A DNA stretch of 64,000 bases, from assembly GCA_964270895.1 (NCBI GenBank), contig OZ185447.1. The stretch is one strand, 5' to 3'. This document shows positions 23,981-36,752 of this stretch, piece after piece. Each line of letters begins with the position of its first letter. Positions within the stretch are counted from its first letter, which is position 1. The translations under genes and the position numbers were made by a program. The notes under the pieces were generated by a model. It saw nothing but the letters and a program-made list of their open reading frames with translations, was not told where the DNA came from and ran no database searches. This DNA is from Podarcis filfolensis (lineage: Eukaryota).

Positions 23981-24909
23981 CTGGGATTTAGACAACTGCT
24001 GTGTCACCATGTTGATATCCGGAGGCTCTGACGGCAGTCCCGGGGCCATGTGGGGCTGGGCGGGTCCCCCCGCTTCGTCCCCAACCAAACCCTGCGGTGG
24101 CAGCTCAGGCTTGCCGCCCACCTCTGCCAGAAACAGGGGCTGCTCCGCGCCAGCCCTGGGTCCGTAGCTCACAGCTTGTTCCGGAAGAGTACCTCTAGGG
24201 GGCGCCACCTCCGGCTGAGTCACCGGCAGCTGCCCGGCCACGGCCCAGTTTTCAGGTGCCTGGGAGACGCCGCTCCAGGCGTTGAGGGCCGCCACGCCGT
24301 AAGGGCCCTGGAAGATCTGCCCAGAGGTATATTTGACGCCTAGAAGGCACTCCGGTTTTGGGGGGGCAGCTTTTGGACACGCCGGGGCAGTGACCAAGAA
24401 GGGGGCCGGCTGCGCTGGGAAGAAGTGGACCACGTTGGCGGCAGAGCCCTGGACAGGGGCCAGCTCTGCCCCCACAGGCACGAGAGTCAGCTTGGGCCCA
24501 CACAAGCCGGGCACCCTCTTGTCCGGGAAGGCGAGGAAGTCGGCAGGCGCGCCGCCGGAAGGGGTCGTGGGGACGTGGCTGGCAGGGGGCGGCTGAGGTG
24601 GCAAGGGGTTGGCAGGAGGGGCCTGAGGCAGGATGTGGGCGGCTGCGTTCGCCTGAAGAGGGACGGCAGACCCGTTCTGGAGCGGCTTGTTCTGGGTGCG
24701 GTCAACCATCTTGGTCCACCTTTCCAGAAGGTTCCGGTCGTTCTCAGTCAGCATTCCCTTCCGCTCCCGCTCCTTCTCCTTCTTCTGCTTCTCACGCTCC
24801 TTGGCTCGCTCCTGGCGCCGCTTACGCTTCTCCTCACGTTCGCGCTGGCGCTCCTTTGCCGTGACCGGTCTGCGGATATCAGGCGTCTCGGGCAGCGTAG
24901 AGGGCGTAT
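23981..24909 (-). CDS. MAPK7: MAPK7 coding exon 4 (929 bp; NLS and Pro-rich region)
   Basis: RPVTAKERQREREEKRKRRQERAKEREK basic NLS, LLERWTKM, ends PPDINMVTQQLSKSQ; phase 1-0 splice sites. Confidence 0.92.
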
Positions 24910-25545
24910 CTGCGGAAGAAAGGGAGAGATTGCGGGAAGTGGATAAACACCCAGCATTTACTGTTGCCCTGCATTATGCAGCCGCTACGTCTATGGTCAG
25001 CGATTCAGTTTCACCTGTGTATCATAGAATTCCAGATTTAGAAGGGAACCCCAAGGGTCATCTAGTCCAATCCCCTGCAATGCAAGAATATACAGGTGGC
25101 CTGAATGGGAATCGAACCCACAACCTTGGCATTATCAGCACCACACCGTAACCACCTGAGTTAACTTTCCATGCTAGGAAGCTTATGCTTGTGGAAAATC
25201 ACTAAATTTGTGAATTCCACCAATAGTCCAGCTCTGCAGGAATCACTTCACACAGGGCACATCTTTGGAAATATCCCAGATCACCTAGCCTACCCTTCCC
25301 TTCATGACAAGAGCTGCAGTCCACAACATCTGGAGAGTGTTAAGCAGGGGGAAAGTGGCTTAGAGGGTCCTGCTGCCCATCAGCCTCTTCTTTTCTCTGC
25401 CTCCCAGAACAATTGGAAATACTCCGCTCTCATAGGGGAACATTTCCCCCAAATGTGAAGATCTGGGATGGGGAATGTGTAGTCTGTTGAACTACAAGTT
25501 CCTTCAGCCCCAATTAGAGTGCCGAAATCCTCCAGTCCATTGAGG

Positions 25546-26040
25546 GCTACCTTTGCAGGTGACCCGGAAACTACAACTAATCCAGAATGCGGCAGCTAGA
25601 CTGGTGACTGGAGTGGCTGCCGAGACAACATAACACTGGTCCTGAAAGACCTACATTGGCTCCCAGTACGTTTCCGAGCACAATTCAAACTGTTGGTGCT
25701 GACCGTTAAAGCCCTAAACGGCCTCGGCCTAGTATACCTGAAGGAGCGTCTCCACCCCCATCGTGCAGCTCAGGTCCAGCTCAGAGGGCCTTCTGGCAAG
25801 AAGCAAGGTTACACTGAACCAGGCAGAGGGCCTTCTCAGTAGTGGCACCTGCCCTGTGGAACGCCCTCCCTTCAGAAGTCAAGAAAATAAACAACTATCT
25901 GACTTTTAGAAGACACCTGAAGACAGCCCTGTATTGGGAAGTTTTTAATGTTTGATGTTTTATTCTGTTTTTAATCTGCTGGGAGCCGCCCAGAGTGACT
26001 GGAGAAACCAGGCAGGTATAAATAATAAATAATTATTATC
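25546..26040 (+). mobile_element. L2 3' fragment
   Basis: Similar to 1450-1950. Confidence 0.85.
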
Positions 26041-26227
26041 TCCTCTCACTGCTACCTTACACCAAACTGCTTCCTTGAAACCCTTGGGAAATGGCCATAG
26101 CACCAAAGTAAGCCTTGCATTAAGAAGGGTCCCAGGTTCAATTCCCGCCATCTCCAGGCAGGACTACAAATGTCCTGTCAGAAACCCTGCAGATACACTG
26201 CCAATCAGCGGAGCTAATCTTGACCTA

Positions 26228-27442
<1,215 letters not shown>

Positions 27443-27534
27443 TCAAGGAGAGAACCTGAATATTGTTCCACCACAATATTCACTGGAGGCCTTTTAGCCA
27501 GACTCTGTCTCTCTCTCACTCTCTCTTTTCATAT

Positions 27535-28080
27535 CATTTTTTAAATATAAAATTTATTTATTTGTTTTTTCAAATTAAAATTTTACAGAGATATGTCAAA
27601 CGTAAATCATAAAAACAAGATTCCAAAGAATCTTCTGGACTTCCGTCTTTCCCTTTGTGGGTCCTATTCTTAATCCTTTCCTCCCACATCTTTTATGATA
27701 ATCCAAATCCTTTACCTCTTTCATTATATCCAGAATTCCTTTTCATACCATTTTTATTGTCTCCAAAAACATTTCAAAGTGTTTATCAACATATACTTTT
27801 TTAAAAACATACAAAGTTTCTTCTTGACTTCCCACCCCTTCCTTCCCAATGTTTGTTTTTTATTCCTTTTTATTAGCTGCTTTGTAGCACATCTATTTGT
27901 ATTGTCTAAACCTTGCTACCATTAAATCTACTGCTTATATTTCAATTTCTGCCAGCGACTTCATATACGGGTGATCATTTGATAGATCAGTGGTCTCCAT
28001 TCTTCCTTAAACACTTCATCATTATGCCCTCTTGATTTGGCAGTTAATTTTGCCATTTCAGCCTAGTCCATGTTTATGGA
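27535..28080 (-). mobile_element. L1 3' fragment in MAPK7 intron
   Basis: EMAKLTAKSRGHNDEVFKEEWRPLI remnant plus AT-rich 3'UTR. Confidence 0.65.
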
Positions 28081-28167
28081 TATATTAATGAGGATACTGG
28101 GAGAAAACTGAGATTTTATTTTTTCTTAAGGGCCGCCCCCCTTTATCCAGGGAAAGAATAGCACTTA

Positions 28168-28368
<201 letters not shown>

Positions 28369-29498
28369 TCAGAAAGGGATACATCTCATGCATCCGGATG
28401 CGTCACTCACCTGGTCTTTCCCTCCTTCCCCTGGAGTGCATTATGGTATTTCTCCCCCTTGCAACAACCCTGTAAGGAAAGCTAGGCTAGGCTCAATGCA
28501 CCTGATGTCTCCCACTAAGGTTTAAAACCAGCTCCCTCTGCTTCACGTCCAACACCCTGAGCCAAATTAGATGTGATGGGGCAGCCCAGTTTACTTTGAC
28601 ATGTGATTGTCTTGTTCACATACGACATGTGAAGAATTGAGAACTGCTCTCTTTTTTAGGGAGGGAATCCTTTGATTTTTCAATTTTTAAAAAATCATTT
28701 TTAATAACAGATTACAGAAAAAATAAAGAAAAAATAGTTTAAACTTGGTAAGCTGTCACAATTGTAAATGAAGAAATATTTATTTTTTGCATTTCTATCC
28801 CACGTTCCCTCGCAAAAGTAGCTCAGGTTGGTGCACATGGTTCTCCCCCTCCTCATTTAATCCCCACAACAGCCCTGTGAGGTAGGTCAGGCTGAGAGGC
28901 AGAGACTGGCCCAAGGTCACCCAGTGAACTTCATGACTGAGTGGGGATTTGAACCCTGCTCTCTCCCAGGTCCTAGTCTGATGACACACGACAGGATACA
29001 GCTATGCAATTTACCGAGTTAACATACCAAGAGGAAAGCGATGTGTGGCATATGATCACAAAGGGTACAGTTACAGTTCAGTTTTTAACATCAATGGGTG
29101 CGTCACCACCACCCCCAAACTCTGTTTATATTCCCAGCCAGGCTCCAATGAGTCAAGCTGGAGAGAGAAAAAATCCCTGGGGCATCACAGCACAGAGCAG
29201 CCAATAAGGACAAGGCCCCAAAGCCTCAATAGTCAGCTGGGGGACACAATCCGGCCTTACTGGGCAAAGCCAAAGCCTCACCCCAGTCAGACAGTGGACA
29301 ACCAGGTGTCTAGAGAACCAAAACCTGAGCACAAGAGCATTCTTTCCACTTGGGACTCCCAGGAACTGGTATTCAGACGCAGACTGCCTCCAACAGTGGA
29401 GGGAGAACAAAGCCCCTGTGGAGAGACTTATTCGCATCCATCCATTTGCACGGGCCACACCTCTGCGCAGTCAGAGACCAAACAACGGCATCCTCTCA

Positions 29499-29792
<294 letters not shown>

Positions 29793-29877
29793 TTAAGGAA
29801 GGACCACTGCCCTCCTTACCAAGGGGCACCATCTACCATCCCCCTTCTCCACCGCATGAGATACAGCAGACAGTTAA

Positions 29878-29922
<45 letters not shown>

Positions 29923-32322
29923 TGTATTATTTGTGCCCCGCCCATCTGACTGGGTTGCCCCAGCCACTCTGGGCGGCTTTGAGGTGTTGGCACACAGTTT
30001 CCAGGGAGAATCCCATTCAGCTCCTTCATTGCACAGCTTTTGACACACAGTGAAAGTATTGCTTTTACAGTGAGCATTATTTGTTTACTGATTAACATTT
30101 GTTTATTAAAAAATACTGCTATATGGCCTGCCTCATTAATTCTGGAGGCCAGCAATGTCCAAATGGGTATAAAAACATTATAATACGGGGCAGCGGGGTG
30201 TTCGTGTGTGTGTGTGAAATTGTAAGACTAGGGCACAGTTAAAATGGTACGGTACCAGCAAAGGCCGCAGACATTAAAAACATTTAAAGCAGACATTGGC
30301 AGTCCTGGGGTCCTTCAGGAAGATGGGCATGATATCACTTTGATAAATAAATTTGATAGACAGAAACAGATCTGTGTTTTTAAAAAGACACCTGAAGATG
30401 ACTAATGTGTGTGTTTGTCAAGGGAATGGTAGTCCCACAGTGCAGGAATCACCACAGGAAAAGTCCTTCTGCTATGACTGTTTACTGCACTTCCATGGCA
30501 GTGATGCAACCAGGAGGGACTCATCAGTTGATCATAATGATCATGTGGGGCAGAGGTGGGGAAGCTCCAGCCCACAAGCCTAGTTAGGCCCGGAATGGGT
30601 CACAATTTGGTCCCAAGGCCATTCCCACCCATCCACCCACCCACACCCTCCTATCACACATTTGACGTTGTAAGTAATTTCAGGTGTGCAGCAGGTAAGG
30701 ACACAACAATCGGATGTTACCACAACCCCTTTGAAGTTTGACAGAGGGTATCTCCACTCACTTATCAAGGTTTTGGGGGTTTAATCCAGTTCCTCACTCC
30801 TGGTGTAGGAAAACAGGGAGAAAGGTATCTTGGTCCCAAGATATTTAGGGCTTTCTAGGTCCATACCAAAATATCAAACATGACCCAGTAGCTTGGGGGC
30901 AGCCAGTATAACTCCTTTAAGCGTGATATAATATGTACAGTAATAATATTTCCCAGTAAGTAGCCAAGTGGCTGCATTTTATATCAGTTACAGCTTCCAG
31001 ACCAGCCTAAAAAGCAGTCCCAGACAGAGCGTGTTAGTGATACTGAGAGGCATTGTTTTTTTAAAATATGCTGTTCACGTTATGTGTTCCAAACATTTTA
31101 ATCAGCATTTAACCGTTTTATAGTTCTCCAACTCAGGGTCCTTGATGAACAGAAAGAACTATACGGTATTTCAAATATATTGGCATGTACCAAGGTTACT
31201 TAGAGATATCAGCTACCCAATGTGGTTTATTTCCCCACCCCCCCGGGTAGTTGTTTTTAATTGCTATAGCTATCACCTAGGCAAAATATATTAAGATAAG
31301 CCAACAGTACAGTGATTTGCAAATCAAGAGCAAAAAAAAAAAAATGGGATTAGAGGATGAAAGGAGTAACAAATATCTTATCCCTGAATGGGATTTATTC
31401 CTTATTTCAGAAAACCTGGAACCCCACATTAGGCACACACTATCCCACAGAATAATAATCCTTAGCTGCTTGCACAAAGCAAAAGGAGATCAACACACAG
31501 GTTTGTGGAGGTTCTCCATTGCAGGATATTCAGGGGGAGGCAGGTGGGAAGGACAGACAGCAGGGAATGGTGCGTGGAAGGCAAACAAACAATGGCAGCT
31601 GCCTTTCTTTTTAATTTCATGGGACAGAGAAAAACGATTGGGAGGGCAGGCTGGGGGAAAATGCCAGCTAGGTCTGGGATAAGCGAGGAAGGGGACATTA
31701 TGGGATGGCCAGAGCAAAGACATTATTCCCCCACCCGACATGTGGTGGAATGCTGCGAATGGGGGAAAGGGAAAGATGCCAAGGAGAGCATCTTAGCCCA
31801 TCACAACCCCCCCCCCACCGGAAAGTAAATGGGAATGGAGGCTATTATGGGATAGAAGAGAAGAGAAAAGGGCTGCCCCCTCCCTATCCCCCTACAAACC
31901 AGCTGCGATAAGGATCCATCAGAAGCGGGCAGTGGGGAGAGTTGGGGTTCGAGATGTCAGTAAGGAAGAATAGGGAATATTATGGAATAGAAAAGGAGGG
32001 GTTGTCTTCCGCCATGCAGTGGGTGGAGGGGAGGGCGGAGAGAAGGGGAGATCTGAGTTGGGGGGGCGTGCATTTCGAGGCTTTTGGTCCTCGGGGGGCG
32101 GAAAGGGGAAAGAGGCGACCTATCGGGCGGAGGAAAGGAGGAGAATAATAATTATAGTAGTAGTAATTTTATTATTTACACTTATCATGGGGAGAAAGAA
32201 GCATTGCAAAGGCAGGAAGGGATCTTGCACTGGGAAAGGCTGAATCCTGAACCCCTTCGCCGTGCTTCTTAATGGAGGGGGGCGGGAAGAAGGGAGGGGG
32301 GCAATGAAAGGTGCTTGCTCAC

Positions 32323-32800
32323 CTGCCAGAATGCAAGGGGAGGCGCAGCAGCCCTCCGGCAGACTTGGGCGGTTCCCTCTCCGGTCCGCCACTCCCTCGC
32401 CCTGGCCGCCGACCCCTCCTTCTTACCTCGCCTCCCCCAGAGTGCCCGGATGTCACCGCTCCGAACCCGCCTCGGCCAATCAGAACGCGGGAGGGCGTGG
32501 CCTCAGCCGGCGAAGATCTAAGCGGCGGCTCGTCCAAAAAAAAAAGAAAAAAGGAAAATCCCGCCTCGCTCGCTCCAATGAGCCAATCGCAGAGCGGCAG
32601 AGAGAGGGAACCACTGAGAGGTGAGAGATTGGGGGGGGGGAACCACAATGGCGGGGGCGGAGCCAAAGCTCTCCTCGCACCTGGAAGGAGATGCATTGGC
32701 AGCCGTCAGAAAAGGCGTCGCTCTATTTGCTGCGGATTTTGGGAGCGACACGAGGACCTTTGTTTTCTGCGTGGAGAAGAAAAGCCGCTCCCGAGTCCAT
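32323..32800 (-). promoter_or_regulatory. MAPK7: MAPK7 CpG promoter and probable non-coding exon 1
   Basis: CpG island; CAG|GTGAG donor at 32323; CCAAT at 32476, 32575, 32583 and ATTGG at 32628, 32695; GC boxes. Confidence 0.65.
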
Positions 32801-33004
32801 AGGCGATGTTCCAATGCTTGGCGGTGCAGTAGTGGGGGAAAACTTGACCGGTTGGACTTCTGCCTGTCCGGCAGGTGTTGGCAGCTTTTCCAGGGACTAT
32901 GTGGAGCCACTCGGGGCAGCAGGGCAGGGAAAGCCCCGGTGCAGAGGTCTGCGAGGCACCAAATCTTGACATTCTGCTTCCCCAACTGAACTGCCTACGT
33001 GTTT

Positions 33005-33250
33005 AATAACAACAACAACAATAATACATTTATTTATACCCCACCTATCTGGCTGGATTTCCCCAGCCACTCTGGGCGGCTTCCAGCAAAATATTAAAAT
33101 ACAATAATTCATCAAATATTAAAAGCTTCCCTAAACAGGGCTGCCTTCAGATGTTGTCTAAAAGTCAGATAGTTGTTTATTTCTTTGACATCTGGTGGGA
33201 GGGCGTTCCACAGGGAGGGTGCCACTACCGAGAAGGCCCTCTGCCTGGTC
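33005..33250 (-). mobile_element. L2 3' fragment
   Basis: Reverse complement of the recurring L2 end. Confidence 0.85.
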
Positions 33251-33964
33251 CCAATGACAGAATAGCTGTGCTATCCGTGACTATTTCTTCCTAATGGTTC
33301 CCTGCCTCACTGCCAGGTGTGACTATAATCATCTCAACAAATCATCTCAAGGTTATAGGTGTGGGGTTTTTTTAATCATGCATGTAAACTGATTATCACT
33401 TTCTGTATTTTCAACTCCCACCTTACCATTTTCTCTCTTACAGTGTCTGCTAGTTTAAGATTTCCCTTCAGGCATAGGATGAAGTGGCCTTGAACCCATG
33501 AAATCTATGAATCTTGCTTGTCTTTCAGGGGACACAAGATGTCACCTCCCCTGGGATGAGGGATGGACTGTGAAACCACTCTGCGAATTATAGCTCTGCG
33601 AGGGCAACAGGAAGTCTCCTACCAACCTACAGCACTCTTAAATGACAGTCCCCAGGACACTTTGAGGGAAAGCCAGGACTGTTTAGAGCAGTTTGCTGCT
33701 TTAAATGCAATAGTCTGGAGAAGGCCTGCATTACTGACTGAGCCTCTGCAGTGGGAGTGACTGAATGACCCAACTCAGTAGAATTAGCCACTCCCGACAA
33801 AGGCCGACTGGAAAAATGGAAGCAACGTCATCCTCCTCGGATGGAAGCTTTGAGCTCACAGGAAGCCTAGAATTTATTTACTTACCACAGTCAAGAAAAT
33901 CTACCGTTCTTGCCCCACTGAAGCTTTGGAACAGCTTTTGTTGTTGTTTCTTAATTCCCTAAAG

Positions 33965-34972
33965 CAGTGGTTTTCAACCAGCGTGCCGTGGCCCTGGGGT
34001 GCCTTGAATGATGATTGGGGTGCTACAAGCAACACTGGCCTCTACCCCTCTTTCCTCCCTCCTGATGCCCTCTCATGTCTCTGCCTACCAAAGGCTTGTG
34101 CGGCTATTTGATGCAGCAGCCCTGGCTACAAGCTCCCCAGGCGAATGGTACCTCTGGGGTTGGCCGGGGGTTGCCTCACATCCCCTTGTGGGGCTGTGTG
34201 AGGAGGCACCTCTCCTTGGGGCAAGGGGGGCAAGCTCAGAGACCAGGGGCAGAAGCTGCGGCTGCCCAGAGGACTCCCGAGGAGAGAGGAGGCTGAGGGA
34301 ACACTCCACAAGGAAGGGTGTTCAAAAAAGGGTGAGAGGCTGCCCGCTCTGCTGGCAAGGGGTGACATAACTCGGCTCCTGAGCCCCACAGGGGTGCCGC
34401 AGAAAGAATGCAGTGGGTCGATTGTTTTTGTATGCCACAACTGCAGCTAGAATTTTGTTAGCTAAAAATTGGAAAACACAAGAAATCCCAACAGTGGAGG
34501 AATGGCAGATGAAAATGATGGACTTTTCGGAGCTAGCCAACCTGACTGGAAGAGTCCGCGACCAGAAGGCGGAGGAGTACCAGAAGGAATGGATGAAATT
34601 TAAAGACTATATGATAAGATAACTTAATTGGAAAAATTTGCAAATATCAGATAGGCTTAGGATTGAAATATGTGATGTTAGAAAATAAATGTTTAAAGTT
34701 AAATGAAAAGAAAGAACGATGTTAAGTGATTAATTTGATGAGAAATTTGGTTTTGAAAAACTGTTACAAAGATATATACTGAAACTCAGCCAGAGGGATT
34801 AGAGGAAGTCACCTAACAATGTTATGAAGATTGGATTAAGTACAGCTGAGATTTATGTTTGTTTGTTTGTTTGTTTAAACATTTTGGAAAATCAATAAAA
34901 AAATTTGGGGGGAAAAAGAAAGAATGCAGTGGGTCAAGAGAGCCATGGACTCAAAAGGGTTGAAAAGCTCCG
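33965..34972. mobile_element. hAT-type non-autonomous element containing a nested L1
   Basis: CAGTGGTTTTCAACC...GGGTTGAAAAGCTCCG ends, perfect 8-bp TSD CCCTAAAG (33957-33964, 34973-34980). Confidence 0.8.
34420..34916 (+). mobile_element. 5'-truncated L1 with 19-bp TSD
   Basis: LFLYATTAARILLAKNWKTQEIPTVEEWQMKMMDFSELANLT...WMKFKDY; TSD AGAAAGAATGCAGTGGGTC at 34401-34419 and 34917-34935. Confidence 0.85.
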
Positions 34973-35827
34973 CCCTAAAGGCTCGTGACACAATTGCACA
35001 GCCAAACACAGGATTCGTGTTTTTCAAATATATTTTTAGCTGCTTTCTTCAAACAAGAAAGAAATAACTCTCACACGGGTTTGCACAGACGTTCTCAACC
35101 TCTTACTGAATACATAAACAAGGAGATTATTTGATGTTATCTGCAGAACCAAAGCAAAAGCGTTATCAGCTCGAGGGGTGCGAGGTAGAGAAGGGGTTCT
35201 TGAGGACATTACACACAGTCCAATTCTAAACTTCATTTCTCCAGAGTTAACCTCCTTGGATTCCAATTTCTAAGGGGGTCCCTGGCATTCTGACACGAAG
35301 GTAGGAGGATAATACTTAAAACATCTCAAAAGGCAGTGACGGAAGACAGAAATTTTGGTTTCTCTCTACAGTTTGAAAGGGCAAAATGGGGCTGAAGAAG
35401 TCAGAAAGGAAGGAGAAAGGAGCTGAACCCAGCAGGGTTGCCTTGTAGTGGAATTCAATAGCAGTTAGGGCCCACAAGCCCAAGACTTCTGTGTGCAAAT
35501 CCCAAATCTGGAAGCAGGATGTGGGCAAGATCTTGTGTGCTGAGTATTTAGGGTTGTATCCAAGGCTGGTCCTACACGGTGCGGACCCACTGAAATTAGT
35601 GACTCTTAAGTTAGTAGTGTCACTGGGCCTTCTTTGAGTCGGACAGGATACACCCCTTAACCCCTGCATTGAAGCCCAGCTTTACCCAAAGTGCCCTGGT
35701 ACCCTCCAGATGTTTAGGGACTACAATTCCCATCAGCAACAGCCAGCAGGGGCAACAGTAGAGGATGACTGGAATTGTAGTCCAAAACGCCTAGAAGATG
35801 CCAGGTTGGGGAAAGGTTTTTCTAGCC

Positions 35828-36164
35828 CATGGGTAGGCAAACTAAGGCCCGGGGGCTGGATCCGGCCCAATCGCCTTCTAAATCCAGCCTGTGAATGGTT
35901 CGAGAATCAGCCTGTTTTTACATTAGTAGAATGTGTCCTTTTATTTAAAATGCATCTCTGGGTTATTTATGGGGCCTGCCTGGTGTTCTTACATGAGCAG
36001 AATGTGTGCTTTTATTTAAAATGCATCCCTGGGTTATATGTGGGGCATAGGAATTCATTCATTCCCCCCCCAAAAAAAAATTAATAATAATATATACTCC
36101 GGCCTCCCACAAGGTCTGAGGGACAGTGGAGTGGCCCCCGGCTGAAAAAGTTTGCTGACCCCTG
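35828..36164. mobile_element. hAT (Charlie-like) MITE
   Basis: CATGGGTAGGCAAACT...AGTTTGCTGACCCCTG; TSD TTCTAGCC/TTCTAACC; second copy at 62039-62280. Confidence 0.8.
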
Positions 36165-36752
36165 TTCTAACCTTTACCCAACCTTTTATGACAAACACGC
36201 CCTCTACCGAGCATACGTTTAACATCAGGCAATTGAAAAGCACTCTTCCCCACCCCACGAAATCACTAACCAGAAAGGTACAGAGGGTTCACAGCTGCCT
36301 GCCCCTGGCCAGGAACACACGGGAGCTGGTTGTGGTGATGCAGCCACACCCTTTGGGGAGCCCCTCCAGGAATTCTGCACGTGCTCTTTATCCTTCAGAG
36401 ATCGCTGTGGCATTCAGGTGGGGCTAATAACGGTGTGTGAGGGGATTTTTGTCTTCGTTTTTTTTATGGTACATATTCTTGTGTTTTTATATTGCAAACC
36501 GCCCTGTGATCATAGAATCATGGAAGGAAACCCTGGGGGTCATTGAATCCAAACCCCGGCAATGCAGGAAACAAGAGGCTCAAACCCACAACCCTGGGAT
36601 TAAGAGTCTTATGCTCTACCGACTGAACTATGACCTTCGGATAAAAGGCAGTATAGAATCTAAGGAATAATAAGCCATTCTCCGATATTAACCTTGCTCT
36701 GACTCCTTGTCCCCACCCACAACCCACAACTTTCCACCCCTGCAGGATTCCT

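Noticed and set aside
32621-32989. Plus-strand ORF head-to-head with MAPK7 (possible B9D1)
   Set aside because: Translation shows no B9 domain resemblance; typical chance ORF in a CpG island
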